Positions 36,958 to 46,723 of a stretch of DNA of 64,000 nucleotides are shown in pieces; position 1 is the stretch's first letter; each line of letters starts with the position of its first letter. A program made the translations under genes and the position numbers. The stretch lies in the NCBI GenBank assembly GCA_963804755.1, contig CAWDRP010000002.1, positions 118,179-182,178 of the forward strand. Reading direction: 5' to 3'. Source of the stretch: an uncultured Acidobacteriota bacterium (lineage in GTDB: Bacteria > Acidobacteriota > Terriglobia > UBA7540). The notes below the pieces were generated by a model. That model was not told the origin of the DNA and did not search any database. It worked only from the letters and a program-made list of their open reading frames with translations.

Positions 36958-37893
36958 CTAATTCTCCGAAGGCCTCTCGATGTGCTCGATGACGAGGTAT
37001 TCCACGGGGCCCTTGGCCGGTTTCAGCTTCAGACCGAGCTGTTGCTGAAGCGCCGTAAAGATGGAGGGCCCGGATTGGATCTGAGGAGCGTCATCCGTTT
37101 CCAGTGGGCGCTGCCTCGCATACTGGAGCTTGATGTAGCAGAGGCCCTTGATCCCGGTTTGATCCAGCACCGGCCGGCCGCTTGACCATGTGCACCAATC
37201 TGCCAATCGGGCCATGGTCGTGTATGCCTGGAGACATGCACACCCTGGCGGACACGGCGTGCGCTGGGCGGCGGGCAGTACCGTGGCAAGTTCTGGAGAT
37301 AAAGAGGTTGGAAACTTGGCTCCCGCCTTGTCCGCCACCAAGGCATAAACGGGACCTACTCGGGTCTCGCGCCTTACCTTCAGCTTGAACCGGTCCGCAA
37401 AAAGGGACTGAAGCATCAGCAACATTGGCTGCCGATAGCCGCAACTGCCGCGGAAAAACGCTTTGCCACAGGCTTGACCAAAACTCGCGGCGAGCGAGTC
37501 GTCGACCTTCCCGTCAAAGTCGTATCCTTCGTATCCGAACGCTGAGTCATGGATCCAATCCGGTCCCCCCACCAGTCGATCATCTCGCACTTGCAGAAGA
37601 CCAAATTTGCCCAGGTCCTGCCCGTAGGCAATTTCAATGAGGCGTGCGGTCAAATAATTATGGGCGCTAAACCTCCCCGGTAGGACACGGAACGATTCGT
37701 TTTCCCGCGGGTTGCTCCGCCTGACGGACGTAATCTCGAACGAGGGCTGGGCCGCGCCGGCGGTCGGCTCGGTTTGCGCGGGGATTGGCCGGACGAGGGC
37801 CTGAGCTAAGGCAGCAGCCAAAAGCACGGATCGCCAGAGGTGGCTAACCGGGGTAGTGCCAGCCCATATCGCTGACCCGTTATTCGTGTTCAT
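36958..37893 (-). CDS. TIGR03435-family (Acidobacteria 'soil-associated') secreted protein
   Basis: PSFEITSVRRSNPRENESFRVLPGRFSAHNYLTARLIEIAYGQD...GGPDWIHDSAFGYEGYDFDGKVD matches the TIGR03435 N-terminal pattern. Confidence 0.6.
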   Translation of the reverse strand: MNTNNGSAIWAGTTPVSHLWRSVLLAAALAQALVRPIPAQTEPTAGAAQPSFEITSVRRSNPRENESFRVLPGRFSAHNYLTARLIEIAYGQDLGKFGLLQVRDDRLVGGPDWIHDSAFGYEGYDFDGKVDDSLAASFGQACGKAFFRGSCGYRQPMLLMLQSLFADRFKLKVRRETRVGPVYALVADKAGAKFPTSLSPELATVLPAAQRTPCPPGCACLQAYTTMARLADWCTWSSGRPVLDQTGIKGLCYIKLQYARQRPLETDDAPQIQSGPSIFTALQQQLGLKLKPAKGPVEYLVIEHIERPSEN

Positions 37894-37957
37894 GATTTAC
37901 CCTTCTTTCCTGTGCGCCGGCAGCAGGGCCAAAGGCCGCTCGGACCTATGCGACGGT

Positions 37958-39238
37958 CTACTCACCTGCTTCCGGTTCACCGGGCCTCAGAGCCTTATCG
38001 TAAATAAACATCAGCACGGCGCCCATCAGACCCACACCTGTCACCACCCACCACATCTGCCGCGGGCGGTGCAGGACGTCGCCGAATTCATGGAGAAGAT
38101 ATCCGCCCAAAGGGCCGGCAATGAGATACCCAATCGCAATGGGAAGGAACGCGTAACCCATGTAGAGCCCTTGCTGGCCGGAAGGCGCCAGGCGCGAAAT
38201 GTATTCGTAGTACCGCGCCGATTGGGTCATTTCGCCAAGCGCCAACACGATCAGTGCGGCCACCAAGCCGGGCGTAGAGGGAAAGAAAACCAAAATCAAC
38301 CACGCCAGGCTGGAGATCACCAGCCCCAGGGTCATCGCCGGGAACGTAGGGATCTTCCGCGTCACATAGCTGACCAGAATCTGGAAGCAGATCACCGCCA
38401 GGGCGTCAACGGAAAGCACCAGGTCGGCATTCGCATTGGGGTCGACGTAGCCGCGCAAGAACAGCGGCGCAGAGATGAACTCCTGCCAGAACACAATATA
38501 GAAACTCGAAAATATCAGCAGGAACAGAACGAACCGGAAATTGGCCAGCACCACAACCATATTCTTCAGGGCGTGCGCAACACTCGCTACCTTCTGTTCC
38601 TCAGATTTCGCGGGCTCGCGGAAAAACACCAGCGTAACGAGAAACATCAAGAACACACTCACGGCGGAGACGCGAAAAACGTTTTCGATGCCCCAGCCCA
38701 GTCGTTTGCGCACCAGCCACGCCACGAGGGGACCCAGCGTGCCGCCAATGTTCACGATCGTGTAATAAATGGAATAACCAATCGAGCGAACGTTCTCCGT
38801 GGAAGCGCGCGCCGTGGTGCCCGCCACGCACGGCTTCACCACCGCCGGCCCCAGCGCCGGAACCATCAGAATGGCGAACACCAGCCACTTGTCGCCCATG
38901 GCTTGGCGCGTGGCCTGCATCCACGTCGCGGAAAGAGAACCCAGCAGGAAATAGCCCACCGTCATCACCAGGTACGCAAACATCAGGGCACGGCGAAAAC
39001 CAAAACGGTCGGCCAGCGTTCCGCCCAGCACCGGCAAGAGCCACACAACGAAGCCGAAGGTCCCCATCATCCAGCCGGCAAGTTCTTTTGAAAAGTGCAG
39101 TTGCTCGGTGAGGTAAATGGCCAGAACGGCGCTGGCGGCATAGTAAGCCAGGCGCTCAAAAAGCTCGGTAGTATTCGCCACCCAGAAAGCCCGCTCGAAG
39201 CCAGTGCGAATTTCAGCCAGCCGGTCGGTGAAGCTCAA
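37958..39238 (-). CDS. MFS transporter of the proton-dependent oligopeptide (POT/PTR2)-like type
   Basis: ELFERLAYYAASAVLAIYL (ExxERFxYY signature), 12 TM. TTG start with a GAGGAG ribosome-binding site. Confidence 0.65.
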   Translation of the reverse strand: MSFTDRLAEIRTGFERAFWVANTTELFERLAYYAASAVLAIYLTEQLHFSKELAGWMMGTFGFVVWLLPVLGGTLADRFGFRRALMFAYLVMTVGYFLLGSLSATWMQATRQAMGDKWLVFAILMVPALGPAVVKPCVAGTTARASTENVRSIGYSIYYTIVNIGGTLGPLVAWLVRKRLGWGIENVFRVSAVSVFLMFLVTLVFFREPAKSEEQKVASVAHALKNMVVVLANFRFVLFLLIFSSFYIVFWQEFISAPLFLRGYVDPNANADLVLSVDALAVICFQILVSYVTRKIPTFPAMTLGLVISSLAWLILVFFPSTPGLVAALIVLALGEMTQSARYYEYISRLAPSGQQGLYMGYAFLPIAIGYLIAGPLGGYLLHEFGDVLHRPRQMWWVVTGVGLMGAVLMFIYDKALRPGEPEAGE

Positions 39239-39260
39239 AAGTTTATCTCCTCAGAATCAG

Positions 39261-39482
39261 TCGCGAGTGACAAGTGACGAGTGACAAGCAGGCAAAACGC
39301 GCACCTCGGATGAAGTCGGTCGTCACCAGGCAATCGGCAATCAACAATCGGCAATCTCGTCATTCGCCACTTGTCACTGGATGCGAAAAACGAACTCCAA
39401 AAGTCGAAGCGCGATTTTCGATTTTCGATTTTCGAGTTTCGGTCCTAGTGACTCGTCACTTGTCACTTGTCACTCGTCACTA
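39261..39482. repeat. Heptamer-array hairpin: GTGACAA/GTGACGA x4 facing the inverted array across a ~155-nt loop that itself carries CAATCGG x3 and CGATTTT x3 tandem heptamers. Sits between the yggU stop and the POT transporter ribosome-binding site.
   Basis: TCGCGAGTGACAAGTGACGAGTGACAAGCAG ... TAGTGACTCGTCACTTGTCACTTGTCACTCGTCACTA. The right arm encodes the last 6 codons of yggU (VVTSDK*). The left arm ends 4 nt before the GAGGAG ribosome-binding site of the transporter. Confidence 0.6.
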
Positions 39483-39768
39483 CCTTTCCGATCCGCTCAA
39501 TGCTTTCCTCCGCCGAGCGTCCCGCGATGCGCAGCAATTTGCGCCGCGACTTCTGGCCGGAAACGATCACGACGCACGCTTGGGGCAGGCGCAACTCGCG
39601 GGCAAAAAAACGGACGCACGCGTCATTGGCCTGGCCTTCCGTCGCGGGGGCGTGCAGTTCCAGGCGCAGTTCGCCGGATGCGTCCACGGTCAACCGCTCG
39701 CGCGCGGCACGGGGCTTCACCCGGAGCCAAAAGGTTACGTTCTGGCCTTCTACTTTGAAGTTGGCCAT
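39463..39768 (-). CDS. yggU: YggU/DUF167 family protein
   Basis: MANFKVEGQNVTFWLRVKPRAARERLTVDASGELRLELHAPATEGQANDACVRFFARELRL is the DUF167 core. The ORF-track start at 39813 is a likely upstream extension. Confidence 0.7.
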   Translation of the reverse strand: MANFKVEGQNVTFWLRVKPRAARERLTVDASGELRLELHAPATEGQANDACVRFFARELRLPQACVVIVSGQKSRRKLLRIAGRSAEESIERIGKVVTSDK

Positions 39769-39815
39769 TGAGTTGGCGTTGGGTTTTCCCATTTTCGAAT
39801 TTCGCTGTTCCATGC

Positions 39816-40010
39816 AGCCCGCGAAGCGGGCGTCGTCCTGTAGCCCACGGCGGAAGCCGTGGGACAGCCGTCACGCCAGCCGAGTGGTTAGCTCCGGCAG
39901 GGGCTGGGCGCCGCCAGAGCCGAAATTGGACCACGCGTGACCGGACGCCGTCCCTGCCTGGGCTGAAATTCTCATCGTAACCTTTATCCCACGGCTTCGC
40001 CGCGGGCCTC
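39816..40010. repeat. Second REPIN/MITE-like composite element (left REP-like module intact, right module internally deleted, core homologous to the 9347-9591 element in inverted orientation)
   Basis: AGCCCGCGAAGCGGGCGTCGTCCTGTAGCCCACGGCGGAAGCCGTGGGA at the left end and ...TTTATCCCACGGCTTCGCCGCGGGCC at the right. The core CTGGGCGCCG...GAAATTGGACCACGCGTGACC...GCTGAAATTCTCATCG is related to the first element. Confidence 0.55.
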
Positions 40011-40148
40011 GAGTTTCTACATTTTTGTGTCGCAGAGCTGCTTAGCAGGAGCCATTGGCCACTGCGCGACAAGGGCGTTATATGGCCAAGTGGGTTAGAC
40101 CACCGAGCCGTGGAGTATCCAGAGCCGGGAAACACCGCGTTACCAGGT

Positions 40149-40568
40149 CTAGGTCCAGGGATTCAAGAGGGCCTTCAATATCGGATGAAAGTGTGCAGTG
40201 TTGCGGGTTACAAGGGTTAATTGGTAAACTTGGGCAGTGGCCGCGAGCAAGGCATCCATGGCTTCGACTGGCCGCCCCGCCGCCTCGCTCTTTGCCACCA
40301 ACTTGCCGCAGGCGTCGGCGATAGCCGCATCAATGCTCAGAACCCTCCCTTCGAATCGCGTCGGCAGATCATTCTCCAGCCATGCTCTCAACTGTTTTTG
40401 ACGCCGGCCCGTGGCGATGCGCTCGACGCCATGCCGCAGTTCTGCGAGAGTCACCACGCTGAGAAACACCTGGTCTTCGTCTGTACCGGCCAGCCACGCC
40501 ACGACGCCCGGATTAGGCCGTGGCTTCACCCATTCGGAGACGACGTTGGTATCGACCAGAAAACTCAC
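40149..40568 (-). CDS. vapC: PIN-domain toxin VapC (third pair, FitB-like)
   Basis: MSFLVDTNVVSEWVKPRPNPGVVAWL...LVTRNTAHFHPI. Confidence 0.8.
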   Translation of the reverse strand: MSFLVDTNVVSEWVKPRPNPGVVAWLAGTDEDQVFLSVVTLAELRHGVERIATGRRQKQLRAWLENDLPTRFEGRVLSIDAAIADACGKLVAKSEAAGRPVEAMDALLAATAQVYQLTLVTRNTAHFHPILKALLNPWT

Positions 40569-40819
40569 AGTTCCGCCTTGCGAACGCCACCGCGCAGGCG
40601 TTCAATCTTCAGTCCCGACCGCCTCAGGGGCGACGACGCAAAGAACTCCACCAGGTTCCCCTGGCGCCGGGTCTTGCGCTCCCATTGGTCAGCAGCAACT
40701 ACCACGGCAGCCTTGCGTCCGTTGCGCGTAATGGTTTGCGGCCCCAGGGATCGCGCCTTTTCGATAACTTCGCTGAATTTCGCCTTGGCTTGGGCGACTG
40801 TCCATGCATCCACTCCCAC
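40565..40819 (-). CDS. vapB: VapB/Phd-type antitoxin (third pair)
   Basis: 84 aa. 4-nt overlap with vapC. Confidence 0.65.
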   Translation of the reverse strand: MGVDAWTVAQAKAKFSEVIEKARSLGPQTITRNGRKAAVVVAADQWERKTRRQGNLVEFFASSPLRRSGLKIERLRGGVRKAEL

Positions 40820-41152
40820 GGTGTAACCTCCCTGCGGTTGCAGTTAATATAGTCATGATAGTCATTTTGATCTCGCGAAAGCAAGCGTGAATGAAACACG
40901 CGTCGGGACGGCCGCGTGGGAGCGCGGTGGTTTGGGCGTTTCTCGGCAACTTGGGTTATGGATGATTTCTTCGCTTCGCAAGACTGTAGCCACGGTCAGT
41001 GCTCGACCGACCCTGGGCTCTTCCTTGAACTCGGCAGGTGGGCGGTGTTAATCTACGTGCGTGTCGAACGTCCGCTGCCTATTCCTGTCTGATCGAGTTT
41101 TGCTCTTCGGAAGACTCCTGGAAAGCAACTGGCTGAGGCGTCGCCAGGTAAC

Positions 41153-42124
41153 TTGATGGCTACAGATGACCCCGGCCCCGCTACACGCAGCGCTTGGACA
41201 CCGGACCGACAGCCTTCGGCCAGCGCGCCGGTTCCCTCCGATGCCACCGTATACAGTTTCTCGCCCGAACTCGCGTGGATAATGTTCGCGTGCGTCGTAT
41301 TCAGTACGGGGATGGCGATCGGTGTGCTTGCCTGGGGCATCGTCCAGCCTGCACAGTGTTCCGTTCTGCTTCTGCTTGCTTGCGTTGCTGTATTCGCACC
41401 TATGGCGGTTTTCGGCTTTCAGTCGTTTCGCAGGCTTCGAGACAGCGTCGCCGTCAATGACGAAGGGTTGTGGTATTTGCCCCGGAACGGGAGTCCCAGG
41501 TTTCTGGCATGGCGCGACGTTGCCACCGTACGCGCGGCCGATACCGCTCAACGCCTGGTGTTAAGCGATGCATACGGCGAGCGCGTGATCCGGCTGGAGT
41601 ATCAACTTGACAAGTTTAACCAACTGCGCGAATTCGTCGTCGAACATACTTCGGCTTCTTCGCAGGGGCGTGGGTCGGCCACCCCTAGCGTGTTTCATCA
41701 TTCTTGGATAAACAAAGGGATATTTTTGTTCCTTCTGGTTGTGTCCGGCATCCCCCTTTCGCTATTGATTCGTCGTGGGGACCCACATGCCCTCCAGGCG
41801 CTTGGCGTCATGGCTGTGATATGTCTCGGGTTATTTATTCGTGATCCGTCTCGAGTCCGCCTCGAGTCTCACGCCGTCATAATCGAATACCCTGGCTGGA
41901 GGCGCTCGATTCCGTACAATACAATTATCGGGATCGAGCTTACCGCGATGCAAAACCGCGGCAACACGTGGGCAGTGGTTCTGATTCGTCGCAAGAAAGG
42001 CCGCCCGATACGGCTCATAAGATTCAACGAGGGCTCCATCGTGCTCCGCGAAGCGCTCGACTGCGCCTGGCGGGCCGCCGGCGGTGATCGGGCCAGTGGA
42101 CAGGGCGGAGGTTTAGCAAGGTAG
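41153..42124 (+). CDS. Hypothetical membrane protein with two repeated (TM hairpin + ~100-aa soluble) modules
   Basis: Internal duplication: a TM pair followed by a PH-like soluble segment, twice. No family assigned. Confidence 0.4.
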   Translation: MMATDDPGPATRSAWTPDRQPSASAPVPSDATVYSFSPELAWIMFACVVFSTGMAIGVLAWGIVQPAQCSVLLLLACVAVFAPMAVFGFQSFRRLRDSVAVNDEGLWYLPRNGSPRFLAWRDVATVRAADTAQRLVLSDAYGERVIRLEYQLDKFNQLREFVVEHTSASSQGRGSATPSVFHHSWINKGIFLFLLVVSGIPLSLLIRRGDPHALQALGVMAVICLGLFIRDPSRVRLESHAVIIEYPGWRRSIPYNTIIGIELTAMQNRGNTWAVVLIRRKKGRPIRLIRFNEGSIVLREALDCAWRAAGGDRASGQGGGLAR

Positions 42125-42330
42125 CGCGACGCTTTTTAAAGGTCCGAGATTCGTCCCCGATTACATCAAAAGCAGTGGACCGAACTGGTTCGCGCAACCG
42201 CGGGAGTCGGCGTGCTGGTCTCGGTGGCGTTCAGTTGACGAGAAGTCGGCTTACCGCTTCTCTGGCCCACGGGGGGATGTTCTTGGGCCCGGTCCGTGGG
42301 AAACCCCAGTAGAATGTAGAAACTCCAGTC

Positions 42331-42377
42331 CCACGGCTTCGCCGTGGGCTACAGGACGACGCCCGCTTCGCGGGCTT
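42331..42377. repeat. Solo REP-like double-hairpin module (inverted orientation) between convergent gene ends
   Basis: CCCACGGCTTCGCCGTGGGCTACAGGACGACGCCCGCTTCGCGGGC. Confidence 0.55.
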
Positions 42378-42470
42378 TGAAAGCGACCGTCGGGCTTATC
42401 CTAACGCCCACGGGGTCAGTGGTGAGGGGCGCATGATCCCTTTTATTAAATCTTACATGGCGTATCGTCC

Positions 42471-43184
<714 letters not shown>

Positions 43185-43275
43185 CGGGTTCGGGCGTGGC
43201 CGGGGCTACGCGAAGATATTTTGCATCTCGGGACAACAAAGACGTGTCATTCTATCACTCCCTTGCTCTATACGC

Positions 43276-43304
43276 TTGACAAAACCAACTAAATAGGCTA
43301 TAGT
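43276..43304 (+). promoter_or_regulatory. Consensus sigma-70-type promoter TTGACA-N17-TATAGT with no protein gene downstream
   Basis: cTTGACAaaaccaactaaataggcTATAGTatt. It diverges from yggS. No credible ORF follows for 1.2 kb. Confidence 0.45.
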
Positions 43305-44003
43305 ATTGGTCGATGGTTGCGGCTCGGCGTCTCGAAACCGGCGCTTCGGTACGGCCGGCGCCAGGGAAATCAGATCCGGGCATGGCTAGTCAAAAGGCGA
43401 ACATCGCGCAATACGCCCGGAGACACAATGTCCTCAGCACGTGCATCCTCCCGAACCTGAGAAGTTATTGAAAACACAAGGCCTGAAAACAGGTTTTTCA
43501 CCTCTCGAACCTGAGAACATAGTGAAAACACAACCAGTTAAGTCAAATATGAAAAAGTGAAAACGGCATGACACAATGTCCAGCCGGGCTAGCCGATAGC
43601 CTCCAGGCAGTCACCGCCTGGCACGAGCCCCCCGCCTCCATGCAGCCCGATCTTTGCTTCTCTTCGATCGTCTGGCCGTCCTTCTCTCCCGGTCCTCCAA
43701 CATCTTTGGCGGGACCCTGGGTTTTTGGCCAGGGCTTCGTCAAGGTCGCTTTTAGTGAGATCACAATGCATGCCTCCTTTTATCTCTTGGGAACTAATCC
43801 ATCAGATAACGGCATAAAAATTGCTAGCCGTACCGGATGGAGGTGTATCTTCTGCTCGGAATGGCGCAGCCCGGTAGGCTCGCGAGGCTCCTGGCCGCCC
43901 CTGACGCGCTCGGCCGCGGCTCCGCCACGTGCCTTTCCCCATGGCCTCAGCAAAAAACTCGCATCCCGCCGGCCCGCGGGGCGGCCCGCCGGGGGCCGTG
44001 GAA

Positions 44004-44082
44004 GCTCGAAATTCGAAACTGGAAACTGGAAACTGGACACGGCCTTGAGTTTCGAGTTTCCAGTTTCAAGTTTCGCTTTTTC
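44004..44082 (+). terminator. Heptamer-array hairpin (CGAAATT/CGAAACT/GGAAACT x5 facing an inverted array across an 8-nt loop) followed by a T5 run: intrinsic-terminator-like
   Basis: GGAAGCTCGAAATTCGAAACTGGAAACTGGAAACTGGA cacggcct TGAGTTTCGAGTTTCCAGTTTCAAGTTTCGC TTTTTCC. Confidence 0.4.
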
Positions 44083-44194
44083 CTAACCCTAACGCCACGG
44101 TCAGGGAAGGTGGACGGAAGAAAAAAAATTTACGAACGAAGCCACCAAGTTATTGAAAACAAAGGATCGCAGAACAAATTGACCGAAAAAAAGC

Positions 44195-44271
44195 GGACAT
44201 TTTGGTTTAAGTATCGGACATTTTGGTTCAACGTGGTGACATTTTGGCGTGGCCATGCAGCATTTTTCGGA
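44195..44271. repeat. Three perfect plus one degenerate GGACATTTTGG / GTGACATTTTGG direct repeats phased at exactly 21 bp, ~280 nt upstream of tmk
   Basis: Copies start at 44196, 44217 and 44238 (GACATTTTGG), with a GCATTTTTCGG degenerate copy at ~44260. Phasing at two helical turns suggests iteron-like or cooperative binding sites. Confidence 0.45.
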
Positions 44272-44547
44272 CACTTCGGCATGACGTGGTGACGTCTTGG
44301 ATGCCAACACCGAACGGGACCGGAAGAGGAGGACGGGCCATTTCCGACTTACCGATGTTTAGCGCTCCCACCGTCTGAACCGCCGCGACTTTGACGTGAC
44401 CCTGGGTTTTTGGCAGCCAGGCTTGTTTACCATGATCGGCGAGTGCTAGGATTCCAAATCTGGGATGACGAAACGCGAGGTTCTCACGAGCCTCGAACTT
44501 GGAGTCTCCATCCCTCCGCTTAACGCGAATCAGCGGTCCGAACCAAC

Positions 44548-45222
44548 ATGAATTCAGGCCTGTTCATCACCTTTGAAGGACTGGACGGCACGGGCAAGAG
44601 CACGCAATTGCGCCGCGCCGTTCAATACCTGCGCAAGTGCGGCCACACCGTGGTCGTGACGCGAGAACCGGGCGGAACGCGCACCGGAGAGCGCGTGCGC
44701 GACATCCTGCTGGCATCGAAAACGGAAAAGCTCGCGCCCCTGGCGGAACTGGCGTTGATGTACGCGGCGCGCGCCCAACTTCTGGATGAGGTGGTGCGCC
44801 CGGCGCTGGCCCGCGGCGACGTGGTGGTGAGCGATCGCTATAACACTGCGTCGTTCGCGTATCAGGGTTACGGGCGCGAACTGGGTACAGCCACCGTGCG
44901 CGCGTTTGACCGTGTGATTTGCGGCAACACCCAGCCCGACCTGACCATCGTCCTCGACCTCGATCCCGAGCGCGCGTTGGGGCGTGCGCTGGGACGCGAC
45001 GTCCGGCGGCGATCCCGCCATGGACGGTTCGAGGCGCAGGGCTTGGCATTTCATAAGCGTGTACGGGCGGGGTATCTGGCCATCGCTCGTGGCGCGCCGC
45101 AGCAGGTAAAGCTGGTGGCTACCGGCCAGCCGATTGGCCAGGTTCAGCATGAAATCCGCAACCTCATTGATGCACTCCTGATGCGCCGGGGCAGGAAGCG
45201 GCAGCCAAGCCACAAAGCTTGA
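44548..45222 (+). CDS. tmk: Thymidylate kinase
   Basis: FITFEGLDGTGKSTQ (P-loop) plus the DRY motif. Confidence 0.9.
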   Translation: MNSGLFITFEGLDGTGKSTQLRRAVQYLRKCGHTVVVTREPGGTRTGERVRDILLASKTEKLAPLAELALMYAARAQLLDEVVRPALARGDVVVSDRYNTASFAYQGYGRELGTATVRAFDRVICGNTQPDLTIVLDLDPERALGRALGRDVRRRSRHGRFEAQGLAFHKRVRAGYLAIARGAPQQVKLVATGQPIGQVQHEIRNLIDALLMRRGRKRQPSHKA

Positions 45223-45278
45223 CGCGGTGTTATACATTAGGTTATAACTATAGAGGATAGATCAACGAGCTGTCCTAT

Positions 45279-46358
45279 ATGGGCTTTGACTCCTTTATCG
45301 GCAATCCGCAAGCAGTAGCGGCGGTCCGCGAGATGCTGGCCGCCGATCGCGTGCCGGGGGCATTGCTTTTTGCCGGGCCCGAGGGAGTGGGCAAAAAGAC
45401 GCTGGCACGTATGTTCGCCAAGGCGATGGTGTGCGAGCGCGGCCCTTCGGATTTCTGCGATGAATGCCCGCGCTGCCGTAAGGCTGAGCAAATGCTAGCG
45501 GCCGGACAGGAGGATTTGGCGCGGCGCCGGGAGATCAAGGAATCTGCGCGCCGGGTTGAGGGGCTGGTTTATTTCGATATTCAGATCCTCGAGCCGCTGA
45601 CCAAATTCATCCTCACCGAACAGATTCGCCAGTTGCGCGCCATCGCGTACACGCGGCCGTTCGAGTTTCCACGCCGGGTTTTTATAATCGATGAAGCTCA
45701 AACCATTCATTGGCAGGCGGTTGACCTGCTGCTGAAAGTGTTGGAAGAACCCCCGGAAACGACGCGGTTCATACTGATTTGCCCGAACGCCTTTGAGTTG
45801 CGACCGACCGTCCGGTCCCGCTGCATGCGCATGACCTTCCAGCCGGTTGACCAAGCGCTGATCGAAGACCTGATATCGCGCGAGCGGGGTTTTACCGGAC
45901 CCCAGCAGGCGCTCGCCGCGCGGGTGGCGGCAGGCAGCGTGGCTCGGGCGCGCCGCTTCGACCCCGCCGACTACGCGCGCCGGCGCCAGCCCTGGGTGGA
46001 TTTCCTGGAGGCCATAACCCGCCGGGGCGCTCCCGGCGCCAACCCGGACTGGCGGCCGGTGTTTGACTCGGCGCGCGCTCTGGCGGAGGATCGCGATGAT
46101 TTCGAAGGAACACTGAAGGTTGGCTACTCCCTGCTCTCCGATCTACTGCATGTCCGGCTCGATCAGGCGTCAGACGCCGTGGTGAATGTTGATCTCGCGG
46201 CGCGCCTTCAGGGCTGGGCGTCCAAGCTGGCGCTCAGCGGCATCGAGCAGCTTAAGGCCGGCCTTGACCAAGCTTGCCGCCTGCAAATCCGCAACGTAAA
46301 TCCCCAACTTGGGTTTGAGACCCTGGGTATCGACATCCGATCATCCCTGGCCGATTGA
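45279..46358 (+). CDS. holB: DNA polymerase III delta-prime subunit
   Basis: ALLFAGPEGVGKKTLARMFAKAMVCE...CDECPRCRKAEQ (zinc module), AAA+ clamp-loader layout. Follows tmk as in many bacteria. Confidence 0.85.
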   Translation: MGFDSFIGNPQAVAAVREMLAADRVPGALLFAGPEGVGKKTLARMFAKAMVCERGPSDFCDECPRCRKAEQMLAAGQEDLARRREIKESARRVEGLVYFDIQILEPLTKFILTEQIRQLRAIAYTRPFEFPRRVFIIDEAQTIHWQAVDLLLKVLEEPPETTRFILICPNAFELRPTVRSRCMRMTFQPVDQALIEDLISRERGFTGPQQALAARVAAGSVARARRFDPADYARRRQPWVDFLEAITRRGAPGANPDWRPVFDSARALAEDRDDFEGTLKVGYSLLSDLLHVRLDQASDAVVNVDLAARLQGWASKLALSGIEQLKAGLDQACRLQIRNVNPQLGFETLGIDIRSSLAD

Positions 46359-46723
46359 TCGTCGAGGCGGGCGACGAAGGCCGGTGGGCGCGATTTCTGA
46401 CGACCGGCAGCCGAAACTTCGCTGCGTCGGGCAACGATGGACATCCGCCACGCCATCCAATTCTATGAATCCCGAACGGCCAGCGCTGTTGGTTCAAAGA
46501 CCAGACTGGGCACCGATCCCGGCCAAATCCATTGCGGGCCGCGTTCGCCTGTGTTATTGTTCACATCATCCGCGGTTGTGTTCCTTTCACGGAATTTTTT
46601 TGTTGACCGTATGAAACCTGGACACCGGGTGGAACGTCTCAGCTAACAGAGCCGATCCGCATCTTTCGCCGGGATACGTTCGGAATCCGTGCCCGTTCGT
46701 TAGGGCTTCAGGAGCAAATCAAC

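Noticed and set aside
43311-43560. Known structured RNA (RNase P, tmRNA, 6S, SRP) downstream of the consensus promoter
   Set aside because: None of the conserved core motifs (RNase P P4 GGAAAGTCCGGGCTCC, tmRNA termini, SRP domain IV) are present. It remains a candidate unknown sRNA, not a recognised family.
43185-44547. Chromosomal replication origin
   Set aside because: No dnaA or dnaN nearby and no TTATCCACA-type DnaA boxes. The phased repeats are GACATTTTGG.
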